Assembly (NCBI GenBank): GCA_963707505.1 | Contig: CAVPQB010000004.1 | Coordinates: 352,001-416,000, forward strand | DNA: 64,000 nt | Source: an uncultured Gemmatimonadales bacterium | GTDB lineage: Bacteria > Gemmatimonadota > Gemmatimonadetes > Gemmatimonadales > Gemmatimonadaceae | Direction of reading: 5' to 3' | Shown: one piece after another, positions 31,868 through 41,355 of the stretch | Numbering within the stretch: position 1 is the first letter of the stretch | Layout: every line of letters starts with the position of its first letter | Notes under the pieces: model-generated | Databases searched by the model: none | What the model was told of the DNA's origin: nothing | The model's input: only the letters and a program-made list of their open reading frames with translations | Position numbers and translations under genes: made by a program

Positions 31868-33850
31868 CTACCTGCGTTGGAACTCGGGCGATCCGAGAGC
31901 AAATCCAACCATCTGCGCCAGCCCGGTAAGCTGCGGCGTGGGACCCACTATCGGATTGCGCGCGAGCGCGCGTCCCAGTCCGGCCAGTCCCGGGGTTCCC
32001 TGTAGCTTTCCGGCGCCCCTGACCTTCAGTGTATTCGCCATCGATGTGTCATCCAAAGTCATGTCGCTGCTGGCCGCAGATGCATCCGCTGCGCCCCGAG
32101 CAGCGCTGGCCGCATTCGCCGCAAGCGGATGCTCTCCGCTCATCAGGATCTTGCGAGTATCCGGCGATGCCGCACCCTGGAGCAGGGTCGCTACGATTGC
32201 GTCGACCTGCGTTGTGCGCGGCGCATTGAACAGCGAATCGATTCCTGGCAGGGTGTGCATGTTCGCGCCGGGCAATCTGTTCGCCGCAACGGCAAGGCCG
32301 AAGTTGATTCGATTCAAAATCGCACCGGTATTCATCCATGCATCACCAGTTTCCGGCCACCCATTAGGATCCCGATGTCCAAATACTGGCTCGCCCAGAT
32401 ACGCCACCGCTAGTGCCGTGCGCGCAGTCGAATCAGGCAGTGCTCCCAGAGCGCGCGCGGTGCTCACGACTACCTCGAATGGCGACTTCACTTTCGAATG
32501 ATAAGCCCGCTCGGAGAAGAACTCCGGCGAAGTGACGATACTTCTCACGACCTCGCGTATATCACCGTCGGTCCTGAGATACGTCTGTGTCGCCTTGTCG
32601 ACAAGCGCGGTGGATGGCGAGTCGCTTACGAGTCTGCGTGCGAGCTGTTGTGATATGAAGTGCGCAGTCGACGGACTGGCCGCCAGTATGTCGAGCACGT
32701 CCTCGCCGTCCTGCTCGCCGCGACCTGCCTCGAGCTTGTGTCCGAGCAATACCTTCGCCCCTGCGTCGTGCCATTCCGGGCGGAAGATGAAGCCGCCGCC
32801 CTGTGCCGGCGGTCGAACGCTCCAGCCAGTGAGTGCGCGCGCCGCTTCGATCACGTCCTGCTGCGTATATCCACCGTCGACGCCGAGCGTGTGCAATTCC
32901 ATCAGCTCGCGTCCGTAATTCTCGTTGAGACCAGCTTTCTTCGCGGCAGCCGCGCGCTGACGAAGCTGTTGCGCCTGCTGCGGGTCGAGATTCCTGCGAC
33001 GGATTATCGCTTCGACGTCGATCGCTCCGTTCTGCACGCGCACCATGCCACCCGGCCCCGCGCGAATCGCGCGAAGCGTCGGTTGCCCAGGATTGGCTCG
33101 GCTCTGCGCATTATCGAGATAAACCAGCATCGCCGGCGAGTGTGCCACCGCACCCAGCAGGTCGCGAAATTTGCCGAGCGAATGCTCCCGTATGGTCCTG
33201 TCGTAATCCGCGAGATAGTACGGCTCGATCGCATTCTTCCCGACGAAGACGTTGAAGTGATTCTCCCAGAAATCAGTCATCACTTCGAGCAACTGCCTGT
33301 TGCTCGCGACCGCGCGAGCGACCCGCGCCGACTCGATCTCGCCGACCAGCTGAGCGCGCGACCGTCGAATCTCCTTCAAAGCGTTGGTGTCGGTGTCTTG
33401 CGGCGCGTTGCGGTCCGCCGTATCCCGCTTGACGAGTCGGAATTGCCGCTGGGCCTCTGCATATCGCCCTGCGAGCGACGCCTGATCCTGCTGCAACATG
33501 GGATACCGCGCGAGCATCTGATCCATCGCATCGTCATTGATGCGCTCTGGATGCAGCTGCTGATCGATCCATGCGTCGACACCGATCGATCGTACCGTCG
33601 CCACATCGCCCGGTCGCGGGCCGAAGGCGAGGCGGTTGAGCACCTGCATCACCTGTTGATCGGCCGTCTGCTCGCGCACGCTGGACGTCAACGCCACGGG
33701 CGCTTGCTTAGCTCCGCGAGGAACGCTCGCACCTGGTCGCTGTGCCAACGCAAGCGACGGAGCGACCGCGGCTATCGCGATCAGGCGCCGTGCCGCCGAT
33801 GATCGCCAGAGAGATGGGATAATGGTCACATCCCTTTGACGCCCGACCAC
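31868..33850 (-). CDS. DUF1800 family protein
   Basis: 'LNRLAFGPRPG', 'FWENHFNV', 'PAMLVYLDN', 'NENYGRELMELHTLGV', 'KVKSPFE', 'SPEFQRR'; start uncertain. Confidence 0.9.
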   Translation of the reverse strand: MVGRQRDVTIIPSLWRSSAARRLIAIAAVAPSLALAQRPGASVPRGAKQAPVALTSSVREQTADQQVMQVLNRLAFGPRPGDVATVRSIGVDAWIDQQLHPERINDDAMDQMLARYPMLQQDQASLAGRYAEAQRQFRLVKRDTADRNAPQDTDTNALKEIRRSRAQLVGEIESARVARAVASNRQLLEVMTDFWENHFNVFVGKNAIEPYYLADYDRTIREHSLGKFRDLLGAVAHSPAMLVYLDNAQSRANPGQPTLRAIRAGPGGMVRVQNGAIDVEAIIRRRNLDPQQAQQLRQRAAAAKKAGLNENYGRELMELHTLGVDGGYTQQDVIEAARALTGWSVRPPAQGGGFIFRPEWHDAGAKVLLGHKLEAGRGEQDGEDVLDILAASPSTAHFISQQLARRLVSDSPSTALVDKATQTYLRTDGDIREVVRSIVTSPEFFSERAYHSKVKSPFEVVVSTARALGALPDSTARTALAVAYLGEPVFGHRDPNGWPETGDAWMNTGAILNRINFGLAVAANRLPGANMHTLPGIDSLFNAPRTTQVDAIVATLLQGAASPDTRKILMSGEHPLAANAASAARGAADASAASSDMTLDDTSMANTLKVRGAGKLQGTPGLAGLGRALARNPIVGPTPQLTGLAQMVGFALGSPEFQRR

Positions 33851-33918
33851 GCGCGCCGTTAAATCGCGCTATGTGCGAATACGCACGCTAACCCGTCACT
33901 CGGGCGAAAGCCGGCAGG

Positions 33919-33948
33919 TCGTCATTCCCGTTTTCGCGGGAATGACGA
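33919..33948. repeat. CGTC-tagged REP-like palindrome (ATTCCC-N8-GGGAAT)
   Basis: TCGTCATTCCCG-TTTTCG-CGGGAATGACGA, a perfect 12-bp stem just downstream of lpdA. Confidence 0.65.
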
Positions 33949-33973
33949 GTTCCTATCCGCTTCGACGGACGCT

Positions 33974-35371
33974 CTAGATGTGAATCGAGCGCCCCGACAC
34001 CCCTAGCGCAGCTTCCTTCACTGACTCCGACAGCGTCGGATGCGGATGCACCGTGATACCAATGTCGTCACTCGTTCCGCGGAATTCCATCGCAAGCACC
34101 ACTTCCTGAAGCAGATCCGCCGCGTCCACCGAAACAATGTGGCATCCGAGTATCTCTTCAGTCTCAGCATCGGCGACGAACTTCACGAACCCCTGAGTCT
34201 CCGCCATCGTCCGCGCACGGCCATTCGCGGACATCGGGAACTTGCCCGTCTTGTACGCGCGTCCGCTCGCCTTCACCTCGTGCTCGGCGAGACCGCACGT
34301 CGCGATCTCCGGATGCGTGTACACGATAGCGGGCATGGATTTGTAGTCCATGTGCACCTTGTGTCCCGCGATGACTTCGACCGCGATCACACCTTCTTCC
34401 TCCGCTTTGTGCGCGAGCAATTTCCCGCCGACGACATCGCCGATCGCGTACACGTTCGGCAGATTGGTTCGCATCTGCGCATCGGCTGCTATCTCGCCGC
34501 GCTTGCCGAGCGCGAGACCGAGTCCAGCGGCGTCGATTCCGCTCAGGACCGGCTTGCGACCAACGGCGACGAGTACGTAATCGCCTTCCAGGGTCTCTTT
34601 CGCGCCGTCCTTTTCGATGTCGACGAACACCTTGTTGCCGTCACGCCGTCCGCCCGTGACGCGCGTCGCGGGACGAAGCTCCAGGCCCTGCTTGCGGAAG
34701 ATCCTGTCAGCTTCCTTCACGACGTCGTCGTCCATCCCGGGCAGAATCGTCGCCGCAAGCTCGACCACCGTCACCTTCGCGCCGAGCCTCCGCCACACCG
34801 ACCCCAGCTCGAGCCCGATCACGCCGCCACCGATCACGATCAGGTGCTTCGGCACTTCGGGAATCGCGAGTGCGCCGGTGTTCGACAGCACGCGCTCCTC
34901 GTCGAACTTGAAGAACGGCAGCTCGATCGGCACCGATCCAGTCGCGATGATCACGTCGCGCGCCTGATACTGCGTGACCGTTCCATCGCTTGCAGTTACA
35001 TCGACGACATTACCGGCGCGCAGCGTGCCGCGGCCCTTTGCCCACGTCACCTTGTTCTTGCGAAAGAGAAACTCGATCCCCTTGGTATTCTGCGCAACGA
35101 CATCGAGCTTGCGCTTCATCATCACACCGAGGTCCGCGCTTACACCTTCGATCTTCACACCATGTTCCGCGGCGTGAAGCTTCGCGAATTCCAGGTGCTC
35201 GGTCGATGTGAGCAGTGCCTTGGACGGAATGCATCCTACATTGACGCAAGTGCCGCCGAGCGTCTTGTCCATCTCGACGCAGACCGTGTCGAGCCCAAGT
35301 TGACCGGCACGGATCGCGGCGACGTAGCCGCCAGGGCCGCCGCCAATTATCAGAACGTCACAGTTATTCAT
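33974..35371 (-). CDS. lpdA: dihydrolipoyl dehydrogenase (E3)
   Basis: 'GGGPGGY', redox 'GGTCVNVGCIPSK', 'HKAEEEG', 'HPHPTLSE'. Confidence 0.96.
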   Translation of the reverse strand: MNNCDVLIIGGGPGGYVAAIRAGQLGLDTVCVEMDKTLGGTCVNVGCIPSKALLTSTEHLEFAKLHAAEHGVKIEGVSADLGVMMKRKLDVVAQNTKGIEFLFRKNKVTWAKGRGTLRAGNVVDVTASDGTVTQYQARDVIIATGSVPIELPFFKFDEERVLSNTGALAIPEVPKHLIVIGGGVIGLELGSVWRRLGAKVTVVELAATILPGMDDDVVKEADRIFRKQGLELRPATRVTGGRRDGNKVFVDIEKDGAKETLEGDYVLVAVGRKPVLSGIDAAGLGLALGKRGEIAADAQMRTNLPNVYAIGDVVGGKLLAHKAEEEGVIAVEVIAGHKVHMDYKSMPAIVYTHPEIATCGLAEHEVKASGRAYKTGKFPMSANGRARTMAETQGFVKFVADAETEEILGCHIVSVDAADLLQEVVLAMEFRGTSDDIGITVHPHPTLSESVKEAALGVSGRSIHI

Positions 35372-35984
35372 GATTCAGCCAGCGCGGCGCACTTCGGCGC
35401 AATGGCCGAAGGGATCACGCGCATTGAGAGAAATTTGAGAAAATCCCCGACTTCCTTATACACCAGAAGCGAGTCCAGTCTTTCCTGCGATAGAAAGTCC
35501 GGCCGCGACGCAGTTGCGCAGATGTGCGAGCAGTGGTTGATGGAACCCATCCACGTCCATCAGCGCGATCGGTCTGGAGTGAATGCCGATCTGCGCCCAC
35601 GTGAACGTCTCGAAAAACTCGTCGAGGGTCCCGATTCCGCCCGGAAGCACCGCGAACGCATCCGACAGGTCGACGATGCGCGCCTTGCGCTCGTGCATCG
35701 TATCGACGATGTGGAGCTCGCTGAGATTCTTGTGCGCCAGCTCGCGGTGCCCGAGCGATCGCGGCAGCACGCCGATCACCTCGCCGCCCGCAGCGAGTGC
35801 CGCGTCGGCGAGCACTCCCATCAACCCGCGCGACGCGCCACCGTACACGACGCCGATCCCGTTCCGCGCGAGCCCGTCGCCCAACGCTCGCGCAGCCTCC
35901 GCGAAGCTCGGCGACATCCCCGCGTTCGCACCGCAATAAACGGCTACGCGGGTCCGGGTAGCGGTGCGCGCCGCAGCGGATCAT
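35368..35984 (-). CDS. LOG-family (TIGR00730) phosphoribohydrolase; frameshifts near 35980 and 35495
   Basis: 'VAVYCGA', 'VYGG..GLMG', 'TMHERK', signature 'PGGIGTLDE'. Confidence 0.85.
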
Positions 35985-37251
35985 TCGATCAACATCGTGG
36001 CAGGATCTTCCATCAACTCCTTCACGCGTACCAGAAACAGCACCGCCGCCTGCCCGTCGATGATGCGATGATCGTACGATAGCGCGACGTACATCATCGG
36101 CCGGATCTCGACCTTGCCGTCTATCGCAACAGGCCGATCCTGAATCTTGTGAAGCCCGAGAATTCCGACCTGCGGATAGTTGATGATCGGAGTCGATACC
36201 AGTGAACCGAACACACCGCCATTCGTGATCGTGAAGGACCCGCCCGTGAGATCGTCCATCGTCAGCTTCACGTCGCGCGCCTTCTTCGCAACGGCTGTGA
36301 TGTCGCGCGAGATCTCGAGCAGTCCTTTCCGGTCCGCGTCCTTGATGTTTGGAACGACCAGTCCCTGCTCGGACGCTACGGCGATTCCCATGTTCACGTA
36401 ATTCTTGTAGATGATCTCGTCGCCATCCAGCTGTGCGTTGACGACGGGATAATCGCGCAGCGCGATGCAAGCTGCACGCACGAAGAACGGCATGAAAGAG
36501 AGGCGAACACCGTGCTGCTTCTCGATCGTCTCCTTCACGCGCTCGCGGAGCGCGCTGACCGCGCTCATGTCGATCTCGTTGAACGTCGTCAGGTGCGCCG
36601 TCGCGAGATGCGACTGGAGCAGGTTCTCCGCGATGCGCTTGCGTCGCGTCGACAATTTCTCGCGCGTCTCCCGCTCACCCGGCGCTGATGGAGCAGGTGC
36701 CGAGCGGAGCCGCTGGCGGTCCCGATTGTGCCGCCGGAGTTGCGGCGGTCGTCGGCTGTGCCGACGGGTTGAGCTGAGTGGTTGAGCTGCCAGCACATCC
36801 GGCTTGCTCACCACACCGCCGCGACCTGTGCCCTGAACGGAGCCGATGTCGACGCCGCGCGCCTCGGCTACCTGACGTGCTGCCGGCGATGACTTCTGCG
36901 GCGAGCCGTCGGGGCAGTCGGCGCCGGCTGCCGGCGGCGGCGCCGCTACTGCGGGTGCCGGAGCAGCCTGGGCGACGCGAAGCCGGCTTGGCAGCGGCAG
37001 GCGTGCGAAGCCGTCGCCGTCTCATCGATCTCGCCGAGCACATCGTCCACGTGGACGACGTCACCTTCCTTCACGGCCTGTTTCGTCAGGACCCCGGCGC
37101 GAAGTGCAGGCACTTCGACGGTGATCTTGTCGGTGTCGAGCTCCACGATGGTGTCGCCGGCGTTCACTGCGTCACCCTGCTGCTTGACCCAGCGCGACAC
37201 CGTCGCTTCGACGATGGATTCCCCGAGGGGCGGAACTTTCAAAGCGATCAT
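35981..37251 (-). CDS. sucB: 2-oxoglutarate dehydrogenase E2 (dihydrolipoyllysine succinyltransferase); frameshifts in the linker region
   Basis: Lipoyl domain '[13 protein letters not shown]...[11 protein letters not shown]', catalytic domain 'LTTFNEIDM', '[19 protein letters not shown]', 'SYDHRIIDG'. Confidence 0.92.
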
Positions 37252-37268
37252 TTCGAGTATCTTGATGT

Positions 37269-38357
37269 TTGTCCCTAAATATATCCCCTCACGGAGGCCT
37301 TGCGGACTCGCTGCGCGCACTGACAATCTCCGCGCACGGCGGTATCGAACAGCTCGAGCTGCGTGACAACCTGCCAGTTCCGGAGCCTGCACCGGGCGAA
37401 GTCCGCATTCGCGTTCTTGCGGCGGCGCTGAATCATCTCGACCTCTTCGTTCTGAAGGGCCTGCCCGGCGCCACCATCACGCCCCCCTGGATAATGGGCG
37501 CCGATGCGGTCGGTGTCGTCGACGGAACAGATGATCTCGTAGTCGTCAATCCGGGCCTCAGCGACGGAACCTGCGAGTATTGCCGCCGTGGCGAGCAGTC
37601 CCTCTGCGTTCGCTTCCGCCTGCTCGGCGAGCACGCGCCAGGTACCATCGCGGACTATATAGTGGTGCCAGAGCGGAACGTCGCACGTATTCCGCGCGAC
37701 ACCCCGATTCCCCAAGCCGCAGCCTTCACGCTCACGACGCTCACCGCGTGGCGCATGCTCGTCACACGCGCGCAGCTGCGTCCGGACGAGCAGGTCCTCA
37801 TCCAGGGGATCGGAGGTGGTGTTGCGCTTTCCGCGCTCCAGATCGCAAAGCAGATCGGTGCACGCGTCTGGGTCACGTCATCCAGCGACGAGAAGCTTGC
37901 GCGCGCACGCGAGCTCGGCGCCGACGAAACCTCAACTATAGTACGACAGATGTCGCGAAGGAGATTCGTGCGCGCACCGGAAAACGCGGCGTGGACGTCG
38001 TAGTCGATTCGGTTGGCGCAGCGACGTGGCAATCGTCGCTCGGCGCGCTCGGCAAGCTCGGCACGACTCGTGACGTGCGGTGCGACGTCAGGTCCGACGA
38101 TCACCACCGACGCGCGCAAGCTGTTCTGGAATCAGTGGACCATACTGGGATCAACGATGGGCAACGACGCCGAGTTTGCAGCGGTCACGGATGAGCTGCG
38201 CAACCGTCGTCTGCTCCCGCCGATCGATTCCGTATTCGACATTACACAGGGAAGGGAAGCATTCGCGCGCCTCCAGAGCGGCGCGCGGTTCGGCAAGATC
38301 GTCATTCGGGTTCAGAGCGATTCTGCGTCCCACGGATTTACGATCGGAACGTCGTAA
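37269..38357 (+). CDS. zinc-binding MDR dehydrogenase; frameshifts near 37930 and 38060; start uncertain
   Basis: 'ALNHLD', 'CEYC..G..SLC', 'GIGGGVA', 'LGSTMG', 'FGKIVI'. Confidence 0.85.
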
Positions 38358-38752
38358 CCCGAAAAATCCCGCTCATTGCGGGTTACGACCGTGAGCCGAT
38401 GGACAACAGCGGCGGCGAGGATCAGTCCGTCTGTTGCGGCAAGATTGCGCCGCGAGAGACGTGCCTGAGCGGTGAGGCTGGCCCATGCTTCCGCAGTCTC
38501 CAGAGTTACGTCGAGGGTTCTTTCTCGGAACCGCTGTATGACATCACGCGTGAGCCAGTTTCGCAGCTCAGTGCGACGGCGTCCCTCGGACAGGATGTTG
38601 ATACCATACCTGAGCTCGCCGATCGTCACCACGCATATTGCGCATTCTTCGGCATTGTTTGCGCGCGACCATGCTCTGAGGCTGGGTGGTGGTACAGCCT
38701 TCGCCAGATCGGAAAGGAAACAGGTATCGAGCAAGTACCGTAGCGCCGCCAT
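38312..38752 (-). CDS. vapC: VapC PIN-domain toxin
   Basis: 'YLLDTCFLS', 'TIGEL', 'DGLILAAA..H.LTVVTRNERDF...NPW'. Confidence 0.92.
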   Translation of the reverse strand: MAALRYLLDTCFLSDLAKAVPPPSLRAWSRANNAEECAICVVTIGELRYGINILSEGRRRTELRNWLTRDVIQRFRERTLDVTLETAEAWASLTAQARLSRRNLAATDGLILAAAVVHRLTVVTRNERDFSGYDVPIVNPWDAESL

Positions 38753-38761
38753 CGGTGTCGA

Positions 38762-39034
38762 CTACCCTTCCGAGAAATTGATATCGCGCATCGGACTACG
38801 ATCACGTTCGATCTGCAGATCCGCGCCCACGAACCCAGGCGGACGAAGTGCGTCGTAGAGCGACATGAACGGCTTTCGTTCGCGCTCGTAATCGGCGGCA
38901 CTCACGATGATCACGGTGGCGACGCCGTGCTTTGTGACGGTTTGCGGTCCGACGTCGACGGCGTCGCGCACGACCTCACTGAACCGATTCTTCGCATCCT
39001 GCAGCGTCCACACGTTGGGTACCTTTTCAGCCAT
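38762..39034 (-). CDS. Phd/YefM-family antitoxin
   Basis: 'WTLQDAKNRFSEVV...GPQTVTKHG'; immediately upstream of vapC; GGAGG RBS. Confidence 0.9.
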   Translation of the reverse strand: MAEKVPNVWTLQDAKNRFSEVVRDAVDVGPQTVTKHGVATVIIVSAADYERERKPFMSLYDALRPPGFVGADLQIERDRSPMRDINFSEG

Positions 39035-39053
39035 GTTTCGCCTCCCGCTGGAA

Positions 39054-39073
39054 TCTAGCTAGCCTGTCTAGCT
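39054..39073. promoter_or_regulatory. probable toxin-antitoxin autoregulatory operator
   Basis: TCTAGCT repeated at 39054 and 39067, palindrome CTAGCTAG at 39055-39062, about 20 bp upstream of the antitoxin start. Confidence 0.55.
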
Positions 39074-39184
39074 CGATCCAGTAGGATGGGCGAAAGCTGT
39101 AGGTCGCGCCAAGATGGCGCCGTCCAGCGCAAGTGGGCGGCTCGCAGCGACCCCCGCCGCATCGATTCCGGCGGCCGGTGTCGC

Positions 39185-40891
39185 TCAGTGGGCCTCCGGG
39201 TTTGCCCCGCGACGATACACCACCTTGCCCCCGACAACCGTCATCAGCACGTGCGCGTCCCGGATCTCAGCAGGCGCGATCTTCGTGATGTCGCGGTCGA
39301 TCACCGTCAGATCCGCCAGCTTGCCCGGCTCCAGCCTCCCTCGCGTGCTGTCGGCGAACATTGCGTACGCTCCTCCGCTCGTGTACGCCCGCAGCGCGTC
39401 CTCCACACCGATCTTCTGCTCCGGAATCCAGCCGCCAGGGTTCTTTCCGTCAGCGGTCGCGCGCGTCGTCGCCGCGTAGATCCCTTCCAGCGGAGTCGGC
39501 GGAGCGACGTCCCAGTCGCTGCCGAACGCGAGCAATGCGCCGCTGTCCAGCAGCGACTTCAACGCGTACGACGTCTTCGCCCGCTCGTGGCCGATCACCT
39601 TCTCCGCCCATCGGCCGTCGTCGATGGCGTGATACGGCTGCATGCTTGCGATCACGTGCAGCGCTGCGAATCGTGCAATGTCACTCGGCGCGATGTGCTG
39701 TGCATGCTCGATGCGAAAGCGCCGGTCACGCGCACCGTTCTCCTGTGCGATTCGCTCGTAGATGTCGAGCTGTGTGCGAATCGCACGATCGCCGATCGCG
39801 TGCACGATTATCTGCAATCCCGATTTGTCCGCGCCGGACGCCCACGCGTAAAGACTGTCCGGAGGTGTCACGAGCAGACCGCTGTCCTTCGGCGCGTCGG
39901 TGTATGGCTCGAGAATCGCCGCCGTGTGCGAGCCAAGCGATCCGTCGGCGAATCCCTTCAGTCCGCCGATGTGCAGCCAGTCGTCGCCGCGGCCGCGCGC
40001 TGCGATCGTGTCTCTCAGCCGCGCCCAGCTCGAGAGCGGGACTGCCGCCGAGATGCGTGTGAGCATCGTGCCCGCCTTGTGCGCTCGCTCGAACACCGCG
40101 AGATCACCCCACGTTCCCATGTGCGCGACCGACGTCACGCCCTGCTCGGCGACATACTTCATCGCAGCCATGAGTGCGCGGTCAGCCATCTCCGGACTTG
40201 GGTCGGGGATCGCGTTGAAGATGACGTCCTGCGCGTTGTCCTTGAAAATTCCTGTAGGAGCGCGGGAAGCATCGCGCACGATCGTGCCTCCGCTCACGTC
40301 GGGAGTCGCAGTTGAAACCTTCGCGTTGCGCATCGCCAGCGCGTTCGCCAGGATCATGTGACCGTCGAGCCTCGTTACAGAAACGGGATTGTTCGGAGTT
40401 ACGGAATCGATCCATTCGTGCGTCGGTAATTCACCGCCCCAGAGCTGATGATCCCAATCGCCGCCGGTGATCCACGTTCCCGCGGGCACCGTCGCTGCAT
40501 AGTCCTTTATCCGTTTGATGAACTCCGCCGGCGTCTTCGCGTCGCGTAGTTGCACGGACGACAGTTGCCGCCCGCCATCCAGAAAGTGAACGTGGGAGTC
40601 GATGAATCCCGGTGTCACCATCTCGCCGTGCGCGTCGATCGGTTTGACATCGCCGAGCGTCTTTTTCACATCGTCGTTGGATCCGACAACTGCGATGCGA
40701 TCGCCGCGCAGCGAGATGGCTTCGGCCCACGGTTGCTTCGGGTTGCCGGTCCAGATGCGCGCATTGACGATCGCCATCGTGACTGGAGCGTCGGTAGATG
40801 ATGCACGGGAACACGACCAGAGCATGAGCGCTGCAACCAGGAAGAGTCCCGGCGCAACGCGCGGGCGGTAAGGCCGAATTCGTGGATGCAT
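39185..40891 (-). CDS. YtcJ-like amidohydrolase (Amidohydro_3), probable lipoprotein
   Basis: 'PGFIDSHVH', 'DGHMILAN', 'GFADGSLGS', 'HAIGDRA', 'RIEHAQ', 'FGSDW'; signal peptide ending 'LWSC'. Confidence 0.9.
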   Translation of the reverse strand: MHPRIRPYRPRVAPGLFLVAALMLWSCSRASSTDAPVTMAIVNARIWTGNPKQPWAEAISLRGDRIAVVGSNDDVKKTLGDVKPIDAHGEMVTPGFIDSHVHFLDGGRQLSSVQLRDAKTPAEFIKRIKDYAATVPAGTWITGGDWDHQLWGGELPTHEWIDSVTPNNPVSVTRLDGHMILANALAMRNAKVSTATPDVSGGTIVRDASRAPTGIFKDNAQDVIFNAIPDPSPEMADRALMAAMKYVAEQGVTSVAHMGTWGDLAVFERAHKAGTMLTRISAAVPLSSWARLRDTIAARGRGDDWLHIGGLKGFADGSLGSHTAAILEPYTDAPKDSGLLVTPPDSLYAWASGADKSGLQIIVHAIGDRAIRTQLDIYERIAQENGARDRRFRIEHAQHIAPSDIARFAALHVIASMQPYHAIDDGRWAEKVIGHERAKTSYALKSLLDSGALLAFGSDWDVAPPTPLEGIYAATTRATADGKNPGGWIPEQKIGVEDALRAYTSGGAYAMFADSTRGRLEPGKLADLTVIDRDITKIAPAEIRDAHVLMTVVGGKVVYRRGANPEAH

Positions 40892-41007
40892 GGTTCGGGA
40901 GTGGTGAAAGTTCCGTTTATCATACAGCTTGTGGGCTGTACTGGCGAGGCAACAATGCGCCAGACCGGCGCGCTCTGAGCTCACCGCGCCGGTATTAGAA
41001 TGAAGGC

Positions 41008-41232
41008 ATGGCCGAGTCCGCCCAGTACACCCCCATCCAGCTCGCCGAGATAAAGGACGCCTTTATCGGCGAGCAGCCGGTAATCTGCCCCGTCTGCGGC
41101 GGCCGCATGACCTCCAGATCGATAGGCGGCGGCTCTTTCGGTCTGGGCTACTCTCGCCAACGTGAATGGCTCATATGCGGCAGCTGCCATCGAAGCGCCA
41201 TCTTCGACGTCAAACGCGGCACCCGCAACTAG
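41008..41232 (+). CDS. small zinc-ribbon protein (74 aa)
   Basis: CPVC...CGSC pairs; TAGAAT 6 nt before the ATG; sits in an otherwise unexplained gap. Confidence 0.7.
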   Translation: MAESAQYTPIQLAEIKDAFIGEQPVICPVCGGRMTSRSIGGGSFGLGYSRQREWLICGSCHRSAIFDVKRGTRN

Positions 41233-41258
41233 GTAAGGGCAGGCCTCCGTGCCTGCCC
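41233..41258 (+). repeat. GTAG-type REP-like hairpin
   Basis: GTAA + GGGCAGGC-CTCCGT-GCCTGCCC (perfect 8-bp stem) directly after a stop codon. Confidence 0.6.
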
Positions 41259-41355
41259 ACGGCGCTCGGCGCCATCCCGGATCCTGCGCCCGCCAACGGT
41301 CATGACTATGGCACAAGTCTGGCACCTCCGCGCATCATCCTCCCGCACACGCTGA

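Noticed and set aside
34040..36082. 680-aa plus-strand ORF, and similar long antisense ORFs (285-1199, 7342-8556, 32660-33802, 39086-40315, 42940-44145, 45006-46037, 48426-49703, 57405-58580, 59531-60955, 62125-63207)
   Set aside because: They lie antisense to well-supported genes and have no recognisable motifs; such shadow ORFs are expected from high-GC codon usage.
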